A stretch of DNA of 64,000 bases from Alphaproteobacteria bacterium (GTDB taxonomy: Bacteria > Pseudomonadota > Alphaproteobacteria > SMXQ01): NCBI GenBank assembly GCA_033720855.1, contig JAWWBR010000002.1, forward strand, positions 972 through 64,971, written 5' to 3'. The notes below the pieces were generated by a model. It did no database searches. It was not told the DNA's origin and worked only from the letters and a program-made list of their open reading frames with translations. Shown in pieces: positions 46,067 to 55,608 of the stretch (positions are counted from its first letter, which is position 1; every line of letters starts with the position of its first letter). The position numbers and the translations under genes are program-made.

Positions 46067-47833
46067 CTATCTCTGTTCGCTGATCTGGGTAATGAAGCGG
46101 CGCAACAGCAGCGTCAAGGGGATCAGCACCAGAATCATCAAAACCCCAAGGGCCGACGACAGGGACGCCGAACCCTCGTCCCAATATTCCCACAGGAGAA
46201 CGGCGAAGACCTCGTTATCCCGGCTCGCCAGCATGATGGGGATGGAGAAGGACCTCAGCGCATGCACCGCGACCCAGATCCAGCCGGCGGCGAAGGCGGG
46301 GAAAAGGAGCGGCAGGGTGATCGCGAACATGGTGCGCATGGTGCCGGCACCGGCGACATAGGCGGCCTGCTCGAGCTCCTTTTGCACCTGCATGATGGCG
46401 CTGTTCATCAGCCGCGTTCCGAACGAGATGTAGGAAACCACCAGTCCCATCACCAGGATGGTCATGGAACCGTAGATGCCGAGGTACCTGAGGGGCGGGC
46501 TGAGATAGGCCATGATCAGCGCCAGCGCGATGACGATGCCGGGGATAGCGTGGGGGATAAACACGAAACTGTCGAGCAGTCCGGCGCCGCGCACCTGGGA
46601 ACGCACGATCCCCCAGGAGGTTATGAAGGCGAACAGCATCGTCACCGTCGCCGTGACCAGCATCAGATAGAGCGTGTTCCAGACCACGTCGAGGACGCGC
46701 TCGGTCTCGAACACCTCGATGTAGTTGGAAAGGGTGAGCAAGGGTAGGGCGCTTGCCGAGGGGATGCGGTAGCTCGGCAGGAACGAGGTCCAGGCGAGGA
46801 TGATGAACGGCGCCACCACGGCGACCAGGAAATAGACCACGAACATGCCGAAGGCAGGCCAGCGCCAGCGGCCGATGCTGGTCACCCGGGGACGAAAGCC
46901 CTTGCCGGTGATGGTCGAGTACTTCTCCGAATTGCGCACCACGCGGCGGTAGCCGATCAGCAGCAACACCATGATCAACATGTAGGTCACGCCGAAAACG
47001 GCGGCGAGGCCGTAATCGAGGGGCGCCTGGATGCGGGTGGTGAAGTAGATCAGGGTCGAGAGCACGAAGATGCCGCCCGGAAGCCCGACCGCAAGGGGGG
47101 CTTCGAAGCTCTCCATGCTGGAGATGAAGGAATACATCCCCGCCGCCAGCACCGCCGGCAACATCGCCGGCAGGGTGACCTGCATGAAAGTGCCGAAGGT
47201 GCCGGCCTTGGAGACCCGCGCCGCCTCCTCGAGGCTCGGGTCCATCATGCGGAACGAGCCCACCACCATCAAAAACACGGTGGTCACGCCGCGCACGCCG
47301 TCGAGGAAGATCAGGCCGCCCAACGAGTAGATGTTGATCGGCCCTTGATCGAAGGTGATGCCGATCAGGCCGAACGCGTCGCGCAACAGCATGTTGAGCG
47401 CCCCCACCTTGGGCGACAGCAGCAGCGTCCAGCCGAGGGCGAAGAGGACGCCCGGGATCGCCATGGGGATCAGAATCAGGACCCAGGCGAGGTTGCGGAA
47501 CGGCATATCGGTGCGTTCGATCAGCCAGGCGAACAGCACCGCGATGGCCAGGGTCACGAAGGTGCCGACGGCCGAGATCCAAATGGTCGTCCCCAAGGCC
47601 TTGTAGAAGATCGGCAGGGAAAAGGCCGAAACGTAGTTGTCCAGCGTCCAGCCTTCGGGCACCGAGGGGTGTCCTTCGAGGAAGCTGTTGATGATCAGAC
47701 GCACCACCGGCACCAGGATCAGGAACACCAGCACGGCGCTGACGCCCAGCACCATTGCGTTGTTCCTGATCCGGTCCCAGGTGCCGCCGAGCCGCCCGAG
47801 GAGACTCGGGCGGGCGGCGGGATCGGAGTACAT
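46067..47833 (-). CDS. ABC transporter permease, fused double-domain (FbpB-like iron(III)/polyamine type).
   Basis: ORF 46067..47833 on the - strand. The 588-aa product has two permease halves, each with an EAA-like loop. Confidence 0.85.
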   Translation of the reverse strand: MYSDPAARPSLLGRLGGTWDRIRNNAMVLGVSAVLVFLILVPVVRLIINSFLEGHPSVPEGWTLDNYVSAFSLPIFYKALGTTIWISAVGTFVTLAIAVLFAWLIERTDMPFRNLAWVLILIPMAIPGVLFALGWTLLLSPKVGALNMLLRDAFGLIGITFDQGPINIYSLGGLIFLDGVRGVTTVFLMVVGSFRMMDPSLEEAARVSKAGTFGTFMQVTLPAMLPAVLAAGMYSFISSMESFEAPLAVGLPGGIFVLSTLIYFTTRIQAPLDYGLAAVFGVTYMLIMVLLLIGYRRVVRNSEKYSTITGKGFRPRVTSIGRWRWPAFGMFVVYFLVAVVAPFIILAWTSFLPSYRIPSASALPLLTLSNYIEVFETERVLDVVWNTLYLMLVTATVTMLFAFITSWGIVRSQVRGAGLLDSFVFIPHAIPGIVIALALIMAYLSPPLRYLGIYGSMTILVMGLVVSYISFGTRLMNSAIMQVQKELEQAAYVAGAGTMRTMFAITLPLLFPAFAAGWIWVAVHALRSFSIPIMLASRDNEVFAVLLWEYWDEGSASLSSALGVLMILVLIPLTLLLRRFITQISEQR

Positions 47834-47860
47834 CGGCCTCAGTCCCGGTCGTCGGACGAC

Positions 47861-48922
47861 CTACCTGGCCTTGGGGAACCCCCAAGCCTGGATGATCTCG
47901 CCGCTGGCCGCCGCTTCGGCCTTGCCCGAGGCTTCCCATCCACCCCAGACCGGCTTGGCGCCGCTTTGCTGCAGCATCTTCCAGGACTTCGAGCCCTTGA
48001 CGAAGGGTGACGAACGGCCCTGAAGGTAGTAGTGGGACTGCCCCTCGGCCGAGGCCAGGAAACCGACCACCAACACCGCCGCGTTGGGCGCTTTCGAATC
48101 CTTCATCAGCGCCAGCGCCTCGCCAACCTGGATCGGCAGGTCCTTGGGCATGACGAACGCGAGCGGCGCCGTCGGATCGCGCCGTTTCACGTTGACCAGC
48201 GCGTGCAGCCCCATGCCGCAGGCGATAGGAAATTCGCCAGTCGCGACCTTGGTGCCGGTATCGGTGTTGCCGGTGCTCCAGACCGGACTATTGGCCTTGA
48301 GCTTGCGATGGAAGGCGAGGCTCTTCTCGCGTCCCCATCCGGCCCACAGGGCGGTGTACGCCCGCGGCCGCGTCATCACCCCGACCTTGCCCTTCCAGCG
48401 GGCCGATATACAGTCGTCCCAACCGGTGGGAACCTTGTCCTTCGGCACCAGCTTGGTGTTGTAGAGAATGCCGTATTTGCTGAAGCCGGTCGCGGCGAAG
48501 TAGCCGTCGGGGCTGAAGGTCTCGGCATCGAGATCGGGGAAGTAGTTGCGGAACGGCACTTTGACGATGGCGCCGGCCTTCTTGTATTGCTCCCGCAATT
48601 CGCCGGAGACATTCACCAAGTCGAACTTGTTCACGCCGCCGATGGCCTCGTTGAGGATGCGTTCGCGGCTGGCCAGCCCGCGCACGCGGGTGACCTTGAT
48701 CTTGACGCCGGTGTTTTTTCTGATCGCCTTGGTGAGCGCCTTACGGAGTTTCTTGCGCCAGGTGACGGCAAGGTGGACCGTGCCCTCACTTTTCGCGCGG
48801 GCCTTGACTTCCTCGAGGGTCTTACCCAGTTCGGCGGCGCTGCCCTGGGGTATTCCCAGGCCCATCACCGCAACGAGCGCAATCAGCGCCGGGGTGAAAC
48901 GGATTCTCGGAAAAGATACCAT
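47861..48922 (-). CDS. ABC transporter periplasmic substrate-binding protein (family 1, FbpA-like).
   Basis: ORF 47861..48994 on the - strand. The start is likely MVSFPRIRFT... (codon 48920-48922), with a signal peptide. It is the first gene of the operon. Confidence 0.8.
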   Translation of the reverse strand: MVSFPRIRFTPALIALVAVMGLGIPQGSAAELGKTLEEVKARAKSEGTVHLAVTWRKKLRKALTKAIRKNTGVKIKVTRVRGLASRERILNEAIGGVNKFDLVNVSGELREQYKKAGAIVKVPFRNYFPDLDAETFSPDGYFAATGFSKYGILYNTKLVPKDKVPTGWDDCISARWKGKVGVMTRPRAYTALWAGWGREKSLAFHRKLKANSPVWSTGNTDTGTKVATGEFPIACGMGLHALVNVKRRDPTAPLAFVMPKDLPIQVGEALALMKDSKAPNAAVLVVGFLASAEGQSHYYLQGRSSPFVKGSKSWKMLQQSGAKPVWGGWEASGKAEAAASGEIIQAWGFPKAR

Positions 48923-49357
48923 GCCTGTGTCCTCCCTTACCTTTGATGGCACTTGACTTGTGAAACTATACGCGTGCCCGGACGGGCCTGCCAACCGGGA
49001 GCTTCGCGGCCGGCGGTCCCGGCTCGTCGCCGCGATCCCGGCGGGCCGGCATATGCGAGAATGTCGGGATCGGCGCTCCGGCGCGCGCTATGCGCGACGA
49101 CCCGGTCGACGGTCTGATCCATGGTCTCCCCCTGTGCTCCCGCGCGTTAAGCGCGGCGGCGCCGTTGGCCCGGCGCCGTCTGGTATTTCGCCCTCGTGAT
49201 GTTAGCGCAAATCGCTCATCGGGAAAGGCCTATTCGGGAACCGCTGATACCCGGCAAACTCACGGCCGCGTGAAGGCGCCGGTTGACGAATTCCTCGTGC
49301 CGACCGGACGCCTGAGTGGCATCTGGAATCCCCTTACCATGCGTGGTTAGATGCCGC

Positions 49358-50434
49358 ATGCATTACCCCTCCTTTTGCAAGTTTCTCGTGTTCGCCGTCA
49401 TCATCGCCGGCACCATCGTCCCCGCCCAGGCCGAGCAAAAGCCGGATCCGATCTCCGCCACGGTCACTTTGGAGCTCCAGAACGATTGGAATTTCAAATC
49501 CGACGACCCGGCTGAGGAGCGGAACGACACCTTCGCCACCATAGAGGCGGCCATCACCGCGACGCTGGCGCCCAGGATTGCCCTCAAGTCCCTGTTCGTG
49601 TTCGAACCCGTTCTCGACCCCGGCCCCGGCGAAGACCGGTTTTTCGAAGATCTCGGCCTCTACGTCGAGGAGGTTTACGGCACCTACGACGATGGCGCGC
49701 TGGTCTTACGCATCGGCAAGTTCGGACAGAAATTCGGCATCGCCTGGGACCGCACGCCCGGCATCTGGGGCGGTGACTTGGCCGATTACGAGATTTCAGA
49801 ACAGATCGGCATCGCCGCGGAGCTGCGCATTGGCGACCGGCAAAGCGGCACCCACAGCCTGACCTTCGGCACATTTTTCGCAGACACCACGGCGCTCTCC
49901 GATTCGGCGTTCGCCAGCCGCGGCCGCTTGCGGAAATCCGATGGCGGGGCGGGCAATACCGAGGATTTCTCGTCCTTCTCTATCGCCGTCGATGGTGCGG
50001 AGGTACCGTCCCTGCCCGGGTTTGCCTACCACCTGGGCTATCTTTACCGGGACTCCGAAGGTTCCGGCGAACATGCCGAAACCGGTTTCGCCATCGGTGT
50101 CACCCAAGAGTTCGCCTTGGCCCCGATGACCCTGGCCTTACTCCTCGAATGGGCGCGGCTTGCGGATTTCAAAGGCACCGCCCAAACCGATGCCGAATTC
50201 CTCACCACCGCCGCCGAGATGCGGCGCGGCCCCTGGTCCCTGGTTCTCTCCTGGACGGGACAGGAAACCAGGGCCCCGGGGACGGGAGACAACGATGACA
50301 GCCAGACCGAGATTTCGCTCGGCTATACCTTCGAGAACAAGGTCAAGCTCAGCGGCGGTTGGCGCCACCTGGACACGGCCGGCATCGTGACCGAAACCCT
50401 GGGACTGTTCCTCGAATACGAATTCGGGCTTTGA
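49358..50434 (+). CDS. Putative outer-membrane beta-barrel protein of unknown function.
   Basis: ORF 49316..50434. The start is likely MHYPSFCKFLVFAVIIAGTIVPAQA (49358). A signal peptide is present, with amphipathic alternating beta-strand patterning and an aromatic-rich C-terminus (LEYEFGL). Confidence 0.55.
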   Translation: MHYPSFCKFLVFAVIIAGTIVPAQAEQKPDPISATVTLELQNDWNFKSDDPAEERNDTFATIEAAITATLAPRIALKSLFVFEPVLDPGPGEDRFFEDLGLYVEEVYGTYDDGALVLRIGKFGQKFGIAWDRTPGIWGGDLADYEISEQIGIAAELRIGDRQSGTHSLTFGTFFADTTALSDSAFASRGRLRKSDGGAGNTEDFSSFSIAVDGAEVPSLPGFAYHLGYLYRDSEGSGEHAETGFAIGVTQEFALAPMTLALLLEWARLADFKGTAQTDAEFLTTAAEMRRGPWSLVLSWTGQETRAPGTGDNDDSQTEISLGYTFENKVKLSGGWRHLDTAGIVTETLGLFLEYEFGL

Positions 50435-50567
50435 CCGCGCGCCCGGTGCGCCCGCGGACCGATCGGTCGGATCCCTAGGAAAAAGAGGGCTCCATCGGCG
50501 CGGTGGAGGAGGCCGGCGATAAGGCGCCGATGGAGCCGGAGGCCTCTAGGGGTAGGCCGGGAGGGGC

Positions 50568-51383
50568 CTAATCCTCGGCGACGTCGACGCAGCTTTCCAC
50601 CGAGGTTTGATTGCCGCTGGCCTCACGCGACAAGACCGCGAATTTGAACGCGGTACCGAGCGCCATGAAGGCTGCGGGGACGGTGAGGGTGGTCGCGTCG
50701 GCCGGAAGATCGACCCGGTAGACGAGTACCGGCTCCGGTTCCTCGCGCTCGACCGTCACCTCGTAACCGGTAATGACGATCCCCGGGTCGCTGGTACCGA
50801 TGGTCGGATGGGAGGTCGTCACCGCATCCCAGGCGATCACCAAATCGACCCCTGCGCCCAGCTCGATCGGCGTCTCGCAATCGCTGACCGGACTGGTGAT
50901 GTTGGCGGGAGCGGGCATCACGTGGGTGAATAGCGCCTCACCCTCGAGCGTGTCGCCTTCGATGCCGACGGCTTCGATCTCATATTCCCCTTCGGGGAAC
51001 CGTTCGAAGAATTCCTCGGCGGTGAGTTCGTCGAATCCGGGCTCCGCGCTTTCGAAGAACAGTTCGGTCAGGCCCTGCTTGGCAAGGCGTCCCTTGTTCA
51101 TCACATCGAGGATCACGCGTTTGCTGGGATCGACGATCTTGAGCCGCTTCCAGCCCTCGCCGTCGATCAGGGCGTGGAAGCCCAGATCGCCGTCGGTATC
51201 GTTGAGTTCGGCAAGGACGACCGCCTCGGCGAGGGGGATTTCCTCGGCCAAGACCGGCGACGGCGCGAGGGCCGCTATGGCGATGGCTGCAACCGATGCC
51301 CTAATCCATTCAGGCATCCCACGGCGGGGGCCCGAGGAGGCGGGCAGGTGGGCAGGAAGGGCCGGTTGAAGGGGGTATCGCAT
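50568..51383 (-). CDS. Secreted acidic protein of unknown function.
   Basis: ORF 50568..51638 on the - strand. The start is likely MRYPLQ... (codon 51381-51383) with an AAGGAG RBS. A signal peptide (AIAIAALAPSPVLA) and two Cys residues are present. Confidence 0.55.
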   Translation of the reverse strand: MRYPLQPALPAHLPASSGPRRGMPEWIRASVAAIAIAALAPSPVLAEEIPLAEAVVLAELNDTDGDLGFHALIDGEGWKRLKIVDPSKRVILDVMNKGRLAKQGLTELFFESAEPGFDELTAEEFFERFPEGEYEIEAVGIEGDTLEGEALFTHVMPAPANITSPVSDCETPIELGAGVDLVIAWDAVTTSHPTIGTSDPGIVITGYEVTVEREEPEPVLVYRVDLPADATTLTVPAAFMALGTAFKFAVLSREASGNQTSVESCVDVAED

Positions 51384-51708
51384 GGGCTTTCTCCTTATCC
51401 AAAAGTCGGGGCCTTGGTCCCCGGATCGCGCCGCCGCCCAGTCTTCCCGCATGGTCCGGAAACGGTCGGAGGTGCGCCAAACGCGACCATCATCAGCCAC
51501 GCCCTCTCCGCAGATAAATCGGACGGCCGCAGGAAAAAGATCATGCATGTGCCGGATGCCGGGCCCGGACCGCCGCCGATTTATCCGCCATTCGACGGAG
51601 CGCGCGCGAAAACGAGCGCCGACCGCGGTCGTCCGCATGGTTAGAAACGGTCGCGCTGCCTACGGGTGCGGCGGCACAAACGAGAGATGGTGGTGCCGGG
51701 ACCGCCGG

Positions 51709-52260
51709 TCAGTGCGGCCAGTGGCCGTCGCCGGCCATTTCGGGGGCGAACACATCATCGAGAAAATAGGCGGAAAAAGCGGTCTTGCCGGGCAAGTTCG
51801 ATTTGCCGTAGATCGATTGGGCCTGCTGGCGCACGGTCGCCTCCGAGGTCCCCCTCAGGGAGGCGATCTCCTTGTGGCTCAGGCCTTTGAGTATGAGCAG
51901 GCCGATTTCCCTTTCGGCCGCCGTCATGCCCCACTCATCGAACTGCTTCTCCATTTCGACCCGCACCCCGGCCATGTAGGATTCGACCTTGGAGCGCCAG
52001 TGGTCGCCCTGCGACCGGGCCGCATCCAACTCCCGGATCAGGGTCAGTCTCTCTTCGTGCTGGCTGTGGATGCGCTGGGCCAGCAGGGCGACGCCGACGG
52101 CGGCACCGATGGTGAGAAGGATGGTGAGCGCATCGACGGCGACGTCGAGGAGGGAAATCTCGTCGCTCTCAGTGGCGATTTCGAGGGTAAGCAACAGGGC
52201 GAAGCAACCGAGGCCGAACGCCGCCAACACGAGCCTGACCTGTTTTTCGCTGAGAACCAT
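51709..52260 (-). CDS. Membrane-anchored LuxR/GerE-family transcriptional regulator, with two N-terminal TM helices and a C-terminal HTH.
   Basis: ORF 51709..52260 on the - strand. The HTH is LTAAEREIGLLILKGLSHKEIASLRGTSEATVRQQAQSIYGK. Confidence 0.7.
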   Translation of the reverse strand: MVLSEKQVRLVLAAFGLGCFALLLTLEIATESDEISLLDVAVDALTILLTIGAAVGVALLAQRIHSQHEERLTLIRELDAARSQGDHWRSKVESYMAGVRVEMEKQFDEWGMTAAEREIGLLILKGLSHKEIASLRGTSEATVRQQAQSIYGKSNLPGKTAFSAYFLDDVFAPEMAGDGHWPH

Positions 52261-52568
52261 GTCTTGCTCCTCCGTTCCGCCGCCGGGCGGCCCAATCTTG
52301 AGGATTCAGGCTGACATAATCCTCCGCCGAGCGATATCGCACAAACGTTAGATGCCATGAGAGACGAAGAGCGCCACCGGCCAACGCCTCCGACCGCCTG
52401 CCTGTCGGCCGTCGATGCGCCAGGGTTACGCCTCTCCTGAGCCCAGGCCTGGGCCCGGCGGCAGGTGGAATGCCGAGCCGCGAGATGACGGTCCCGGTGC
52501 AGAATTAGCCGTTGCATTAGCCCGGTTTTAGGTGCACCTCACTGTCCACTCGATCGAAATTCATCAAG

Positions 52569-54707
52569 GTGATCATGACGGTCAATCCGCAGGACCTTCT
52601 TGAATCGGCGCTTCACGATGCCCGTGCAGAGCGGTTTACGGCTGCGGAGAAGACGCTGCGCCTGCTGCTGAGCGAACCCCTGAACCAACAGGATAGGGCC
52701 GCTGTCCAAGGGCTGCTTGGTGCGGTCTGTGCCTCCTTGGGCGATCATCCCGCCGCGGTTGAAGAGCTCGAGAGCGCCGCCGCCGCGCTCCCCGATGATG
52801 CATCGATCGCCGCCAACCTATCGGTCTCCCTGAGGGAGGTCGGCCGCCTGGATGACGCCATAGCCGCCGGCAAGAAGGCGACCGCGTTGCATCCTCAATT
52901 TGCCGAAGCCCATTGCAATCTGGGGGTTGCGCTGAGGACCAAAGGCGATTTGGCGGGCGCCGCGGTCAGTTACCGGCGCGCCTTGCAGGTCCGCCCCGAT
53001 TTTGCCGAGGCCCACAACAATCTGGGAATCGTCCTTAGGGACATGGGTGAGCTCGAGGACGCCATCACCAGCTACCGCAGGGCGCTCGAGCTTCGCCCCG
53101 ACTATGCCGAGGCCCACAACAACCTCGGCGTCGCGCTGAAGGACAAGGGCGCGTGTGACGACGCCGTCGCCGCCTACCGAAGGGCGCTCGAGCTTCGCCC
53201 CGACTATGCCGAGGCCCACAACAACCTCGGCGTCGCCCTCAAGGACAAGGGCGCGTGTGACGACGCCGTCGCCGCCTACCAAAGGGCGCTTGAGCTTCGC
53301 CCCGGCTATGCCGAGGCCCACAACAACCTCGGCGTCGCCTTGCTGGATAGGGGCGATGCCGAAGACGCCGCCGCGAGCTTCCAACGGGCGCTCGAGCTTC
53401 GCCCCGGATACGCCGAGGCCCACAGCAATCTCGGCATCGCCTTCAAGGACCTCGGCCGTCTGGAAGACGCCATCGCAAGCTATTTGGATGCGTTGCGCGC
53501 GAAGCCCGATCTTGCCGAGGCCCATGACAACCTGTGCGAATTGTACGAAAGAACCAACAAGGTGCCCGAATTCGAAAAGGCTCTCGCCAATGCACAACGG
53601 GTCCTGAAGGAAGACTCGCCGAAGATCCTGCTGCGACGGGCCCAGCTCGCGAGCCGAAAGGAGCGCTTCGAAGAGGCGATTTCCGATCTGGAGAAAATCA
53701 GAGCCGAGGATTTCAACCCGCAGTTCAGGAGTATCTACCTCGTCCTGCTGGGCAAAACCTACGATCGGCTTCAGCGCTTCGACGACGCCTTCAGCGCGTT
53801 TTGCGCGGTCAACGAGCTGGCGGAAGCCTCTCCGCAGTATCAACGCTTCGATCCCGACAAGTTCCTCGACGCCGTCCTATCCAGGAGAGACTCCTGGAGA
53901 TCGGGCACGGCGCCGGCCTGGACGGTCCCAGAGGCCGGCCCTGCCGAGCCGTCACTGACTTTTCTGGTGGGCTTCCCGCGGTCGGGAACGACACTGCTGG
54001 ATACCATCCTCCGCGGCCATCCGGAGATCAGCGTCGTCGAGGAGATGCCGATGGTCGACACCATGAGAGCGGCCTTCGGGCGGCCCGAAACCGTCGACTC
54101 CCTCAACCGGTTGTCCGAAGGCGACATCGAGCAACTGCGGGCGACCTATGCCCAGGAGCTCGATCGGCAGATCCCCCCCTCGCAACGGCGCAAGGTCGTG
54201 GTCGACAAATATCCACTCAACATCACCAGCGTCGGCCTCATCCACCGGGTGTTCCCGAAAGCCAAATACATCTTTATCGAGCGCCATCCCTGCGACTGCG
54301 TTCTCAGCTGCTTCATCCAGAACTTCGATGCCAACGACGCCATGGCGAATTTCCTGAGCCTCGAGCGGACGGCCACGCTCTACGATGCGGTGATGGGGCT
54401 GTGGCAGGCCTACAGGAGCCGCCTCGACCTCGAGGTTCACGAATTGCGATACGAGGCGCTGGTTCACGACCTCGAGGACGCCTGCCGGCCGCTGATCGAT
54501 TTTCTCGGCCTCGAGTGGAACGACAACGTCCTCAACTATCGGGAAACGGCCTTGAACCGGGAGACCATCAAGACGCCCAGCTACAACCAGGTCATCAAGC
54601 CGCTCTATTCCCAAGCCATCGGGCGGTGGAAGAATTACGAGGACAAGTTCGCGCCCGTTCTGCCGATCCTGAAGCCCTGGATCGAGGCCTTCGGTTACGA
54701 GGACTGA
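52569..54707 (+). CDS. TPR-repeat protein with a C-terminal sulfotransferase domain.
   Basis: ORF 52569..54707. About 10 TPR units (AEAHNNLG...) are present. The sulfotransferase PAPS-binding motif GFPRSGTTLL and the 3'-PB motif region are present. Confidence 0.85.
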   Translation: MIMTVNPQDLLESALHDARAERFTAAEKTLRLLLSEPLNQQDRAAVQGLLGAVCASLGDHPAAVEELESAAAALPDDASIAANLSVSLREVGRLDDAIAAGKKATALHPQFAEAHCNLGVALRTKGDLAGAAVSYRRALQVRPDFAEAHNNLGIVLRDMGELEDAITSYRRALELRPDYAEAHNNLGVALKDKGACDDAVAAYRRALELRPDYAEAHNNLGVALKDKGACDDAVAAYQRALELRPGYAEAHNNLGVALLDRGDAEDAAASFQRALELRPGYAEAHSNLGIAFKDLGRLEDAIASYLDALRAKPDLAEAHDNLCELYERTNKVPEFEKALANAQRVLKEDSPKILLRRAQLASRKERFEEAISDLEKIRAEDFNPQFRSIYLVLLGKTYDRLQRFDDAFSAFCAVNELAEASPQYQRFDPDKFLDAVLSRRDSWRSGTAPAWTVPEAGPAEPSLTFLVGFPRSGTTLLDTILRGHPEISVVEEMPMVDTMRAAFGRPETVDSLNRLSEGDIEQLRATYAQELDRQIPPSQRRKVVVDKYPLNITSVGLIHRVFPKAKYIFIERHPCDCVLSCFIQNFDANDAMANFLSLERTATLYDAVMGLWQAYRSRLDLEVHELRYEALVHDLEDACRPLIDFLGLEWNDNVLNYRETALNRETIKTPSYNQVIKPLYSQAIGRWKNYEDKFAPVLPILKPWIEAFGYED
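53073..53276 (+). repeat. Near-identical 102-bp tandem duplication encoding two consecutive TPR units (YRRALELRPDYAEAHNNLGVALKDKGACDDAVAA). Flanking units are progressively more diverged.
   Basis: Copies at 53073-53174 and 53175-53276 differ at about 4 nt. Confidence 0.8.
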
Positions 54708-54813
54708 CGCGGCCCGCCGGGCCATCGATCGGCCGGCGGGGGAAACATCCCGGGCACGGAGGGGCGCATTCCCGCCCTCGGCTCGTTAGGTCCCGCAATT
54801 CATCGAACGAAAA

Positions 54814-54903
54814 TGGCGGAGAGGGAGGGATTCGAACCCCCGGAGCCTCTCGGCTCAACGGTTTTCAAGACCGCCGCATTCGACCACTCTGCCACCTCTC
54901 CGC
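54814..54903 (-). tRNA. tRNA-Ser with anticodon UGA, 90 nt with a long variable arm.
   Basis: The reverse complement reads GCGGAGAGGTGGCAGAGTGGTCGAATGCGGCGGTCTTGAAAACCGTTGAGCCGAGAGGCTCCGGGGGTTCGAATCCCTCCCTCTCCGCCA. It has a 7-bp acceptor stem, a TGA anticodon in a CT-TGA-AA loop, a GTTCGAATC T-loop and an encoded CCA. Confidence 0.85.
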
Positions 54904-55047
54904 ATGGCGATCACATAGCCCCAGGCGCCGCCATCCGCAACCCCGTAGCGTGAAACCGGCGGCGGCGCCGGCCCGCGGACAAACGGCTGATGGGAGGTCA
55001 AGCGCCCCGTCGCGGGCAAGCCCTGGGCCCGGCCGGGCGCCGGTGCC

Positions 55048-55551
55048 TCAATCGGCGGCAGCGGAGGTCCCGCCGTCGGGCTGACCGGGTTCCGTCGTCT
55101 CCGTCGCTTCCACGACCAGTGTCGCCCCGGTGACATCCACCACCTTGACGGCCGTGCCGGCGCGCAGTTCCGTGCCGCCCGGCGCCAGCTTGACCGACCA
55201 GACGGTGTCGCCGATGCGGACCTTGCCGTGCCCGTTTTCGGTATCGCCGACCAGAAGATAGGACGACCCGACATGGCTGCGGCCGCGCTGGTTGAGGCCG
55301 GGGCGATCGCTGGGTTTGGTGGTGCGCCCGATCACCATCCGGGCGGTGACGGTGGTGATCACCGCGACCACGGCGAAGATCACGACCTGGACCTCCACCG
55401 GCATCGCCGGGAACAAAAGCAAGCACAGGCCGGCGACGATGCCGGCGATGCCGAGCCACAGGAAGGCGATGCCGGGAACGAAGATTTCGATGATGATGAA
55501 CACCGTCGCCAGGGCGAACCAGTGCCAGAAAGCCAGATCGTCAAAGGACAT
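55048..55551 (-). CDS. NfeD-family membrane protein (short form, OB-fold C-terminus), the partner of SPFH proteins.
   Basis: ORF 55048..55551 on the - strand. The product has three TM helices followed by a beta-rich C-terminus. It is located directly downstream of the SPFH gene. Confidence 0.8.
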   Translation of the reverse strand: MSFDDLAFWHWFALATVFIIIEIFVPGIAFLWLGIAGIVAGLCLLLFPAMPVEVQVVIFAVVAVITTVTARMVIGRTTKPSDRPGLNQRGRSHVGSSYLLVGDTENGHGKVRIGDTVWSVKLAPGGTELRAGTAVKVVDVTGATLVVEATETTEPGQPDGGTSAAAD

Positions 55552-55608
55552 GGGTCGGTCTCTCCGTTTCTGCGCGCCGCTTGGGCGAACCCCGTCTCCG
55601 CTCGGCCA

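Noticed and set aside
46215-47939. 574-aa minus ORF overlapping the ABC permease in another frame
   Set aside because: It is an off-frame shadow. The permease frame is hydrophobic with EAA loops.
54707-54813. Possible integration scar or direct repeat next to tRNA-Ser
   Set aside because: Only a GC-rich inverted repeat (GCCCGCCGGGCC...GGCCGGCGGG) is present. It is likely a terminator for the sulfotransferase gene. I found no copy of the tRNA 3' end elsewhere by eye.
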